Source: an uncultured Lachnospiraceae bacterium
GTDB lineage: Bacteria > Bacillota > Clostridia > Lachnospirales > Lachnospiraceae
DNA: 64,000 nt
Direction of reading: 5' to 3'
Assembly (NCBI GenBank): GCA_944382125.1
Contig: CALWMV010000002.1
Span: 29,548 to 93,547, forward strand
The notes under the pieces were generated by a model that saw nothing but the letters and a program-made list of their open reading frames with translations, did not search any database and was not told the origin of the DNA. The translations under genes were made by a program, and so were the position numbers. Below are positions 56,392 through 64,000 of this stretch, one piece after another. Numbering within the stretch: the stretch's first letter is position 1; every line of letters starts with the position of its first letter.

Positions 56392-57435
56392 CTATGATAG
56401 CATATCCCCATAAGCTGCGTCAAACACGCAGGGGAGCCCTCCCGTATGTATGAAAAGCACCGGGCCTGAGATATGCTCCTTTCGTATCTCCTCCGTCATG
56501 CCGTAGAAAGCCTTTCCGGTATAGGTCTCATCAAGAGGCAGTCCCCTCTCCGAAAGCATATGCCTGCAGAGCTCTCTGATCTCAGGACGGCTTTCTCCGT
56601 ATCCTCCGGATACATAGTCGTCGATGACACAGATCTCAGGTCTTCTTCCCCAGGCTTCGATCCCGGCTTCATCAGGAGATCCCGGGGCCCTGAGGATCCC
56701 GTACCCGGGGACTGCATCCTTTGCTTTATCCTCCTTCAGGCTTTCGTCTTTCAGTCTGCCCTCTCTTAAGGCTTCCAGATATATATCCAGATCCTCCCTT
56801 ATGACGGACTCGGCCCTGGCCTTGTCCCTGGCCACCGATATGCCGATCACCCTCTGCCTCTCCTCCGCACCATGGAACAGCATGCCTGCAAGAAGACCGC
56901 TCTGGGTGATCCCCGTCCCCGTGGCAAGGAATATATCCGAGAAGCTTATGCCTTTGTCCTTCTCATAATCCGCTATCTCATCAAAGGCCTCTGCATAGGC
57001 CGAAACCAGTACGGGCTCATTGCCCCTTCCTTCGGAGGAACCGTAAACATAGTAGGGCTTCCTTCCGAGGCTTCTGAACCTCTCAAGCTCTGCTTCCACT
57101 GTCTCCTTAACCCCGGAGGCCTCACAGACCACGGTCCTGGCCCCGCTGCTTCTGACCATGAGTTCATTAAGGGGCTTATGTTTATGGCCTCCCCTCTTAA
57201 ATACCACGGTGCAGGGCAGCCCTTCCGCTTCGGCCAGATGAGCCGCTACCCTATTAAGGTTTGAGCTTTCCGATCCATAGCTCAGGAGGGCGTCATAGCC
57301 TCCCTTTTTCATATCCTCAAGGACCTTTTTCATGATCCTGAGCTTATTGCCTCCGAAGGAAAAGGGAAGAAGATCCTCCCTCATTATATAAATATCGCAG
57401 CCGGACTGACTCATCAGCCGATATATCATTGCCAT
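56392..57435 (-). CDS. Fold-type-II PLP enzyme, ACC deaminase/D-cysteine desulfhydrase family
   Basis: 347 aa with a PLP-lysine context FGGNKLRIM and a glycine-rich phosphate loop (TGTGITQSG). Confidence 0.7.
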   Translation of the reverse strand: MAMIYRLMSQSGCDIYIMREDLLPFSFGGNKLRIMKKVLEDMKKGGYDALLSYGSESSNLNRVAAHLAEAEGLPCTVVFKRGGHKHKPLNELMVRSSGARTVVCEASGVKETVEAELERFRSLGRKPYYVYGSSEGRGNEPVLVSAYAEAFDEIADYEKDKGISFSDIFLATGTGITQSGLLAGMLFHGAEERQRVIGISVARDKARAESVIREDLDIYLEALREGRLKDESLKEDKAKDAVPGYGILRAPGSPDEAGIEAWGRRPEICVIDDYVSGGYGESRPEIRELCRHMLSERGLPLDETYTGKAFYGMTEEIRKEHISGPVLFIHTGGLPCVFDAAYGDMLS

Positions 57436-57448
57436 ATGTATCTCCCTG

Positions 57449-58960
57449 TCATTTCTCCTGTCCTGCCGAAGCCCTGCTCCTTACCGTCCTGATAAGGAGG
57501 CTGAGACTCTCTGATCTGAGAAGCCCTGCAGCACCGATATAGAAAGCCGCTCCGAAAAGTATCTCCAAGGCCAGGCTGGTAAGCTCCTTCAGAACTCCCG
57601 TAAGGCCCAGGATGCTGCCCATGCCTCCAAGGATGCTCCCCAGTATATAAACAAGGATGCCCATGGCCGCAGCCAGCATGAAGCTTCCGGATACATCCCT
57701 CCACTGTCTCAGAGGGCCGTAATCCAGAAGGCTCCGGTTCGGAGCTCCGTTTATGAAGGTGCAGAAAAGATCCGATATGCCCTTCATGGCTATCATGACT
57801 GTGATCCCGAAGGGAGCGCTGAGGACGAGCACTGCTATCCCCAGTATCTTTTTTATTATCTCCAGCTTCAGATAGATGTCGCTCCTTCCCTGGGCATTTA
57901 TGGCCTGGATGTTGGATACATGCATGGGCCAGGCCGCATAGGAAAGGCAGCAAAGGGAAAGTATGGGTGCCGCAGGAAGCCAGGCCTCACCGAGCAGTAA
58001 TCCTATAAGGGGCTCTGCCACTGCCGCCAATCCCGCCATCATGGGAAACATGATAAAGCAGGAGAGCTTTATGGTGGATCTCAGCATATCCCGAAGCTCA
58101 GTCTTATCCTGCTGGGACCTGGAAAAGGCCGGCAGCATCACCGACTGCATGGTCTGCCCTATGGAGTTTGCGATTATCTGCGGGAACTGGTTGCCCCGGT
58201 TGTAATACCCCACCGTCAGCGGGCTGTAAAGCTTGGATATGACAGGGGTATAGATATTGTTATATAAAGTATCTATCAGTCCTGATACCAGGACCTTCCA
58301 GCCATAGGAAAACAGTTCCCCTATGCCTGCCATATCCAGACAGAGGGAAGGATGCCAGCCCACGAAAAAAAGGAGCAGAAGCATCTGTACCAGATTCTTT
58401 ATCAGCTGCTGAAATACCAGAGCCCAGGTGCCGTATCCCCTGAATGCCAATACTATGCCCACTGCCCCAGATATGATATCGGCTGCCACAGTGGCCATGA
58501 ACTGAGCCCTGAAGTTCATCTGTCTGGCTACTATAGCGGTCTCCACCGAGATCACGGCGCCGAAGAAAAGTATCAATGCCAGCACCCTCAGCATGGGGCC
58601 TATCTCAGGGTCCCCGAAGAATCCTGCTGCAAAGGGAGCTCCGGCATAAAGAAGGCCGTAAAGCAGGGCTGATATGCCAAGGCCTATCCAGAAGACCGAG
58701 CTCAGATCCCTTCCGGTCACATTTATCTTCTGTATCAGGGCCGTCTGAAATCCGGATTGTATGATCACGTTGGCCACGGCGATAAATACCAGCATCAGCG
58801 AAAGGGTCCCGTATTTTTCGGGTCCCAGCATCCTGGCCAGTATCACGGAGACCAGAAAGGTGATGAGCTGGTCCCCTATATTTTCCGCGGCCTTCCAGAA
58901 AAGGCCCTTTGCTATGCTGCGGCCTCCCGCATTTTCATTAAGATCTTTACTCATAAGCAA
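57449..58960 (-). CDS. Wzx-type oligosaccharide flippase (MOP superfamily)
   Basis: 503 aa with about 14 TM segments. The N-terminus GLFWKAAENIGDQLITFLVSVILARMLGPEKYG is typical of polysaccharide flippases. Confidence 0.8.
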   Translation of the reverse strand: MLMSKDLNENAGGRSIAKGLFWKAAENIGDQLITFLVSVILARMLGPEKYGTLSLMLVFIAVANVIIQSGFQTALIQKINVTGRDLSSVFWIGLGISALLYGLLYAGAPFAAGFFGDPEIGPMLRVLALILFFGAVISVETAIVARQMNFRAQFMATVAADIISGAVGIVLAFRGYGTWALVFQQLIKNLVQMLLLLFFVGWHPSLCLDMAGIGELFSYGWKVLVSGLIDTLYNNIYTPVISKLYSPLTVGYYNRGNQFPQIIANSIGQTMQSVMLPAFSRSQQDKTELRDMLRSTIKLSCFIMFPMMAGLAAVAEPLIGLLLGEAWLPAAPILSLCCLSYAAWPMHVSNIQAINAQGRSDIYLKLEIIKKILGIAVLVLSAPFGITVMIAMKGISDLFCTFINGAPNRSLLDYGPLRQWRDVSGSFMLAAAMGILVYILGSILGGMGSILGLTGVLKELTSLALEILFGAAFYIGAAGLLRSESLSLLIRTVRSRASAGQEK

Positions 58961-59106
58961 GCTTCATTATATAACATTTCCGGCTTTTTCGCATCATCTG
59001 CATGGTGTAGCTTACTTCGCCCCACTTCCGGACCTCTCCGCGAAAACTTCAGACTATGCTGTCTGCCGCTCTCTTTCATTTTTATTCTGCCCTCATTGAA
59101 CGCATC

Positions 59107-59150
59107 AAAAAAGCTGCCGGAGAGCCGTCAGGCTCCCTTCGGGCAGCTTT
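59107..59150 (-). terminator. Terminator downstream of the L,D-transpeptidase gene
   Basis: AGCTGCC...GGCAGCT outer stem with an inner GAGCC/GGCTC stem, followed by U6 on the minus strand. Confidence 0.75.
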
Positions 59151-59160
59151 CATATCTTAT

Positions 59161-60732
59161 TTAACCGTTCTGGATCGCAGGATCCGTAGGGTCATAATTC
59201 TGATTCATGGGTATCGCCCACTCTATCGAAGGCCTGTCCAGAGGACCCATTACCCACTCATCATTATAGATGGTTATCTCAGTGCCGGTAGCACAGTTGT
59301 TGAACAGCCATGCAGCATCTCCGGCAGTAAGCCTTACGCAGCCGTCCGAGCTCCTCTTGCCGTGATAATTGTAGGAACCGGCTTCAAAGTGATAGGAATC
59401 CGGCGCATCCATGTATATCAGCGAATGCATCAGGAAGCCCTGGTAGAACCTTGCACAATACTGACAATATATATTGTCGTGCATGAACTTCCACCTGTAC
59501 TTCGCATAGGTCTTGTAGGTACCTATGGGAGTATCCGGACCTATGGTCGTAAGGAATACTTTGTAGGGGATGATGTAGCCATTGGCTCCGTCCCTAGTAT
59601 AGACTGTAAGGGTCTTCATGTCCTTGTTGAGCTTCAGCTTATAATCTCCGGTAAGTCCCATGACGGGCTCCAGATCCCTTACCACCACTCCGTTCTGATC
59701 AAAGTAATACTTATAGCCGTCTATATACTGCCATCCGTTTACCCTGGCATTATTGACAAAATAATATTTGTTGCCGAGGGTATCATAGGCCCAGCCTGTA
59801 TAAGGCACTCCGGATGCGGTAGAATATACCGCCATCCCGCTTCCGTCATAGCATATGCCCTCATAGGCATTGGCCGCCATATGCTGGACAGTAGGCTCAA
59901 AATACTTTACGCCCTTCTTCCAGAGCTTTATCTGTACTGCCTGGATATACTTTCCTGTGCCTATGGTGCCGGCTGTCTGTCCGTCATGGGCCCAGTCCAT
60001 GACCGTCCCGTCATTGAGGGTCACTCTGTAATAAAAATCATAGAGATTCCTTGTGTAGCCCTGACCCCTTATCTGTATGGCAGTGACCTTCGATCCGTCT
60101 CCATTATAGGGAGTGATCATCTCATTCATGGCCCAGGGCCCCCATCCATGCTCATCCGTATGGACCCTGTAAAATATATCTCCTATGCCTACCCCTATCC
60201 TCATCTTCAGGCCGCAGAATCCGTCCTGAGGAGAAGAAAAGGCATACATATTTGAGGTAAAGCCTGCCGTCAGCTGTCCGTCGGCTGTAAGCAGCTGGGC
60301 GTGGAGCTCAGGTATCTCTCCAAGCACCGGATCAGCCCCCACTCTTCCTGCATCCTCGGTAAGGGAAAGGTCCGTATTGTCTATACCTCTGCTGGCATTG
60401 AGCAGTTCCTGGGTAAAGGAACTCATATTTGAGGTATCAGGTGGAGTGTAGCCGGGGCCTGCCTGTTCCAGGCTGCTTATGTCCACAGCTGCAGTGACTC
60501 CCGTGACCACATCTGTCTGCTGTTCTGCAGAAGAAGCATCTCCCGAGGTCTGGGGTGTCCCGGTCTCGGTCCCGGGGGCTCCTGAAACTCCCGGCTGCTG
60601 CTGGGATCCCATGCTTACTCCCGGGCCTCCATTGATGCCCTCCACGACCATGGCCATGGATGTCATGCCGATGAGGCTGCTGAGTGCCATGGCTGCCGTT
60701 AACATAATTGCTGTCTTATGTCTTCTGAACAT
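59161..60732 (-). CDS. Secreted L,D-transpeptidase (YkuD) with ChW and cell-wall-binding repeats
   Basis: It has a signal peptide and a G/P/S/T-rich linker. ChW-like repeats follow (FYRVHTDEHGWGPWAMNEM and YYRVTLNDGTVMDWAHDGQTAG). CW-binding repeats are also present (GWAYDTLGNKYYFVNNARVNGWQYIDGYKYYFDQNG). The YkuD catalytic motif is HGKRSSDGCVRL. Confidence 0.8.
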   Translation of the reverse strand: MFRRHKTAIMLTAAMALSSLIGMTSMAMVVEGINGGPGVSMGSQQQPGVSGAPGTETGTPQTSGDASSAEQQTDVVTGVTAAVDISSLEQAGPGYTPPDTSNMSSFTQELLNASRGIDNTDLSLTEDAGRVGADPVLGEIPELHAQLLTADGQLTAGFTSNMYAFSSPQDGFCGLKMRIGVGIGDIFYRVHTDEHGWGPWAMNEMITPYNGDGSKVTAIQIRGQGYTRNLYDFYYRVTLNDGTVMDWAHDGQTAGTIGTGKYIQAVQIKLWKKGVKYFEPTVQHMAANAYEGICYDGSGMAVYSTASGVPYTGWAYDTLGNKYYFVNNARVNGWQYIDGYKYYFDQNGVVVRDLEPVMGLTGDYKLKLNKDMKTLTVYTRDGANGYIIPYKVFLTTIGPDTPIGTYKTYAKYRWKFMHDNIYCQYCARFYQGFLMHSLIYMDAPDSYHFEAGSYNYHGKRSSDGCVRLTAGDAAWLFNNCATGTEITIYNDEWVMGPLDRPSIEWAIPMNQNYDPTDPAIQNG

Positions 60733-60851
60733 AAAAATAACTCCTGTATCTGTCTTTATTCAGCTTTATATAAGTTAAAACATTTTATTTAAAAGGTCAA
60801 TTACAAAGCTTATAAAACTTCTTACATATTGTAAGCATTCTTCATCAAATA

Positions 60852-61844
60852 TTAACTTTGCTTACGGCTTTGTAAGAACCTCCATCCCTTTTCAAGGAGG
60901 GTATAGGCACCGGGCCATCTGAGTCTGAGCTTAAGCAGGCTTCGTTGGGCCGCAGGAAGCTCCTGAAGGAAGGTCCTGTTTTCTTCTTCCAGGGCTGCTT
61001 CATATCTGCCCTTGTTGATATCGGCCTTGAATCTCTCCCTGGCCACGGCCTCCTGGACCGCCTGGCCATAGCGTCCCCCGCTGTCCCGGTCAAAGGCCTC
61101 ATAAAGTCTCTTCATGGCATCAAAATGCCTGTCCCATCTCTCGGCTATCGCCGCCTCATCTCCTCTGTTCATCAGGGAATTCCATGAGCCCTCATTGCCT
61201 ACCCTGTAGGTGGACATGGGCTTATTGAAATAATATATGTCTCCGCGAAGGAGCATATAGAGCTGAAGGGGTATATCTCCCACAGGACAGCTGTAATACC
61301 AGTCTGGAAGCTCCTTCGCATATTCCGTCCTGAAAAAAAGAGAGGAGGTGGGTATATTGACGGGCTTCGATATCAGCATCTCAGGGCTGAGCCTTCCGTC
61401 ATTATGGAAGGGACGAAGCTGTGCAAGCTCCCGGAAGGAATCGTCCATACTGACTATCCTTGCCGCGTGGCAGCACATGGAGCACTCCGGGTGAGCCTCC
61501 ATGTAAGCAGCCTGGGTCCTGAGCTTCCTGATATCTATCCAGAAGTCATCGCCTTCGCACATGGCAATGTATTTTCCCCTTGCCCTAGGGAAATTAAAGA
61601 CTCCGCTGGGATTTGTCACTCCCTTCTGATACTGATTCTCCTCCTGGAAGATCGGACGTATCACATCCCCATACCTTGCGGCATAGGCTTCGATGATACC
61701 CCTGGTCCCGTCTGTGGAAGCGTCATCATGTATCAGTATCTCATACTCAAAATCCGTATCCTGACGAAGGAAGCTGTCCAGAGCCTCTGCTATATATTTT
61801 TCGTGATTATAGGTGATGCAGCTTATGGATACCAGTACGCTCAT
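60852..61844 (-). CDS. Glycosyltransferase family 2
   Basis: Contains [24 protein letters not shown] and [10 protein letters not shown]. It has an ATGA overlap with the prfA stop. Confidence 0.8.
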   Translation of the reverse strand: MSVLVSISCITYNHEKYIAEALDSFLRQDTDFEYEILIHDDASTDGTRGIIEAYAARYGDVIRPIFQEENQYQKGVTNPSGVFNFPRARGKYIAMCEGDDFWIDIRKLRTQAAYMEAHPECSMCCHAARIVSMDDSFRELAQLRPFHNDGRLSPEMLISKPVNIPTSSLFFRTEYAKELPDWYYSCPVGDIPLQLYMLLRGDIYYFNKPMSTYRVGNEGSWNSLMNRGDEAAIAERWDRHFDAMKRLYEAFDRDSGGRYGQAVQEAVARERFKADINKGRYEAALEEENRTFLQELPAAQRSLLKLRLRWPGAYTLLEKGWRFLQSRKQS

Positions 61845-62926
61845 GCCACATCTCCGTTCATCTTCAGCAGCTTTGCCGCCTGATCCGCAGTGGAAAGAGC
61901 CGTGATAAGCTCATCCATATCTCCGTCTATTATGGAATCGATCTTATAAAGGGTAAGCTTTATGCGGTGATCCGTCACCCTTCCCTGGGGAAAATTATAG
62001 GTCCTTATCTTCTCGGAGCGGTCTCCCGTTCCTATCTGGGAGCGTCTTAAGTCATCCTCCTCGCTGTGCTTTTTCTCAAGCTCCAGCTCATAGAGCCTCG
62101 CCCTCAGCACCTTCATGGCCTTGTCCTTATTTTTGAGCTGGGACTTCTCGTCCTGACAGGAGATCACTATGCCGGAAGGATAGTGGGTCAGCCTTACCGC
62201 CGAATCAGTGGTATTGACACACTGTCCTCCGTTACCTGAAGCCCTGAACACATCCCAGTGTATGTCTTCGGGATTTATGACCACATCCACTTCCTCAGCC
62301 TCCGGCATGACTGCAACGGTGGCGGTGGAGGTGTGTATGCGTCCTCCCGACTCAGTCTCGGGGACTCTCTGTACCCTGTGGACGCCTGACTCATACTTGA
62401 GCCTTGAGTAGGCTCCCTGCCCGGTTATCATAAAGGTGATCTCCTTGAAGCCTCCAAGTCCGTTTTCATTAAAGGACACAAGCTCCGTCTTCCAGCCGCA
62501 CCTTACTGCATAATTGGTATACATGCGGTAAAGATCCGCTGCAAAAAGGGCAGACTCATCGCCTCCTACCCCGGCCCTTATCTCCATGATGATATTCTTC
62601 TCATCATTGGGATCCTTCGGGAGGAGCAGGATATTGAGTCTGTCCTCTGTCTCCTTCATAAGACGCTTTGATTCTGAAAGCTCTTCCTTCGCCATGGTAC
62701 GAAGCTCGGGATCATTTTCATTATCCAGGATCCAGAGGGCCTCTTCCTCATCCTTTCCGGCCTTTTTGTAGGTCTCATAGGTCTCCACCACTGGGCGCAG
62801 TTCTGCCTGCTCCTTCATAAGATCGGTGAGGCGTGACGGATCATTGCCCACTGAAGCATCAGAGAGCTCATTCATGATCTCCTCGTAGCGTACCACTATT
62901 TCATTTAATTTATCGGAAATAATCAT
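61841..62926 (-). CDS. prfA: Peptide chain release factor 1
   Basis: 361 aa with an RF1-type tripeptide context ([17 protein letters not shown]) and the GGQ motif, here SGNGGQCVN. Confidence 0.95.
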   Translation of the reverse strand: MIISDKLNEIVVRYEEIMNELSDASVGNDPSRLTDLMKEQAELRPVVETYETYKKAGKDEEEALWILDNENDPELRTMAKEELSESKRLMKETEDRLNILLLPKDPNDEKNIIMEIRAGVGGDESALFAADLYRMYTNYAVRCGWKTELVSFNENGLGGFKEITFMITGQGAYSRLKYESGVHRVQRVPETESGGRIHTSTATVAVMPEAEEVDVVINPEDIHWDVFRASGNGGQCVNTTDSAVRLTHYPSGIVISCQDEKSQLKNKDKAMKVLRARLYELELEKKHSEEDDLRRSQIGTGDRSEKIRTYNFPQGRVTDHRIKLTLYKIDSIIDGDMDELITALSTADQAAKLLKMNGDVA

Positions 62927-63804
62927 TATCTGATCCTCGCCGTAACTACTCTCGGCCTTCCGCCGAGGTCCTCATGTATGTCTATATCCGTAAAGCCCAC
63001 CTTCTTAAGTATGCTTCTAACCTCATCACCCTGATCATAGCCTATCTCAAGATAGATCCTTCCGGGCCGGGCAAGATAAAGAGGGGCCTCCTCTGCTATG
63101 CGCCTGTAAAACCAAAGCCCGTCCTCTCCTCCGTCAAGGGCTGAAAGGGGCTCATGATCCCTGACCTCAGGCTCAAGGCCCGCTATGACCTCAGGCCTTA
63201 TATAGGGAGGGTTGGAAACTATCACGTCAAAGCTTTCTATCCCATGTTCCTTCATTATTTTCCTGAGACTGAAAAAAAGATCCGAGACATAGAAAAAAAC
63301 TGGAAGCTCCTTTCCGGTCTGCGAAACTACCTCTTCCCTGTTCTGCTCAGCCCGGGCTATGGCTCCCCTGGATATGTCCGTGCCTATCACGATCCTGAAA
63401 TCTCCCAAGGCCGAAAGGGCCAGGGCTATGGCTCCGGAACCGGTACAAAGATCAAGCACCGATGCTCCCTGAAGGCCTTCGTCTCCCAGCACGAGCTCAC
63501 AGAGGGTCTCCGTATCCTGCCTTGGTATCAGCACATTTTCATCTATTCCCATGCGGAGCCCCATAAACTCAGTATACCCGAGGATATACTGCAGCGGCCT
63601 GCGCCGTTCCCTCTCTGAAAGCATCCTCAGATAGGACTCATACCGGGCGTCCTCCTCTGTCTCCTCCGTGATCTTCACAAGATATTCCGCAGTGGATAAG
63701 CCATAGGCCTCGCAAAGGAGCAGCCTTGAATCCAGGGCAGCCTCCTCTATGCCGGCCTTTCTCAGGCGTTCCTCCCCTTTCCTGCAGAGTCCTCCAAGCT
63801 TCAT
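62926..63804 (-). CDS. prmC: Release-factor glutamine N5-methyltransferase
   Basis: Contains NPPY ([10 protein letters not shown]) and a SAM motif ([13 protein letters not shown]). It has a TAATG overlap with prfA. Confidence 0.9.
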   Translation of the reverse strand: MKLGGLCRKGEERLRKAGIEEAALDSRLLLCEAYGLSTAEYLVKITEETEEDARYESYLRMLSERERRRPLQYILGYTEFMGLRMGIDENVLIPRQDTETLCELVLGDEGLQGASVLDLCTGSGAIALALSALGDFRIVIGTDISRGAIARAEQNREEVVSQTGKELPVFFYVSDLFFSLRKIMKEHGIESFDVIVSNPPYIRPEVIAGLEPEVRDHEPLSALDGGEDGLWFYRRIAEEAPLYLARPGRIYLEIGYDQGDEVRSILKKVGFTDIDIHEDLGGRPRVVTARIR

Positions 63805-64000
63805 GGATCCTGCTCCTTTACGGAAGTCACCGCACCTTTTTCAGCTGCTTTTCTGACGAGCTGCCTTCCCAGTTCATCGGGTCCCTCTGGAAAGTTCTCG
63901 GTCTCATAGGCCTTCCAGTCAAATACCGCCTCAACTGCGGCTATGGCCACCTCTATCATGCTGTCATCGGGCTCCTTTGTGGTCAGGTTCTGCATCCAGA
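63801..64000 (-). CDS. C-terminal part of a DUF1385-like protein (5' end outside the window)
   Basis: ...LTTKEPDDSMIEVAIAAVEAV... resembles the C-terminus of the DUF1385 (YqhQ-like) proteins that commonly precede prmC in Firmicutes. It has an ATGA overlap with prmC. Confidence 0.5.
   Translation of the reverse strand, partial: WMQNLTTKEPDDSMIEVAIAAVEAVFDWKAYETENFPEGPDELGRQLVRKAAEKGAVTSVKEQDP

Noticed and set aside
57426-57953. A 175-codon same-strand ORF in an alternative frame inside the Wzx flippase gene. Similar ORFs include 24731-25066 inside the PBP tail, 18650-18916 and 18496-18741 inside ftsZ, and 17827-18075 inside adhE.
   Set aside because: They lie fully inside strongly supported genes. 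Their translations are Arg/Pro/Ser/Gly/His-rich, as expected for off-frame reading of GC-balanced coding DNA. None has start-site signals.
1-64000. A search for mobile elements, prophage, CRISPR arrays, toxin-antitoxin pairs or defence islands.
   Set aside because: I recognised no transposase, integrase, recombinase, Cas, restriction-modification or phage structural motifs in any frame. There are no regularly spaced direct repeats. The only repeats seen are short coding low-complexity tracts and terminator hairpins.

Overview
This 64 kb window reads as ordinary chromosome from a Firmicutes/Clostridia genome. A Lachnospiraceae-like origin is my inference from gene content and order, not a search result. 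I support about 65 protein genes, and about 60 of them are on the minus strand. That bias is consistent with leading-strand co-orientation.

Gene content, in coordinate order:
- A conserved housekeeping array: asp23-nusB-xseA-xseB-ispA-dxs-tlyA-nadK-argR-recN.
- A ThiT thiamine transporter behind a TPP riboswitch.
- A decayed patch holding a frameshifted orphan response regulator and a 5'-truncated wall-binding-repeat gene.
- sdaAB/sdaAA, tmRNA (ssrA), and a truncated nucleoside-hydrolase remnant.
- adhE.
- A compact dcw cluster: mraZ-rsmH-ftsL-PBP-mraY-murD-ftsW-ftsQ-ftsZ.
- ychF, lgt, and a solitary tRNA-Arg(ACG).
- A small CXXC protein plus membrane 4Fe-4S protein operon.
- The ltaE-like/recJ/ade array and a cold-shock gene.
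- An 11-gene tightly packed array that includes folD, YfhO, GtrA, a D,D-carboxypeptidase, Ogg and VanZ.
- An 11 kb cell-envelope glycopolymer locus. It contains a nucleotidyltransferase-GmhB fusion, DUF2304, three GT2 enzymes, two MOP/Wzx-type flippases, an ATP-grasp ligase, an ACC-deaminase-fold PLP enzyme, and a ChW/wall-binding L,D-transpeptidase.
- DUF1385-prmC-prfA at the right edge.

I found no transposase, integrase, prophage, CRISPR array or recognisable defence system.

The most novel-looking items:
1. The ATP-grasp plus PLP-enzyme pair embedded in the glycan locus.
2. A 54-codon CXXC ORF, below the ORF-track cutoff, coupled to the membrane 4Fe-4S protein.
3. A structured, terminator-ended intergenic element next to csp.
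4. A 10-bp-phased GTG[G/T] triplet upstream of mraZ.

All functional calls rest on motif and family recognition by eye. No database search was run.
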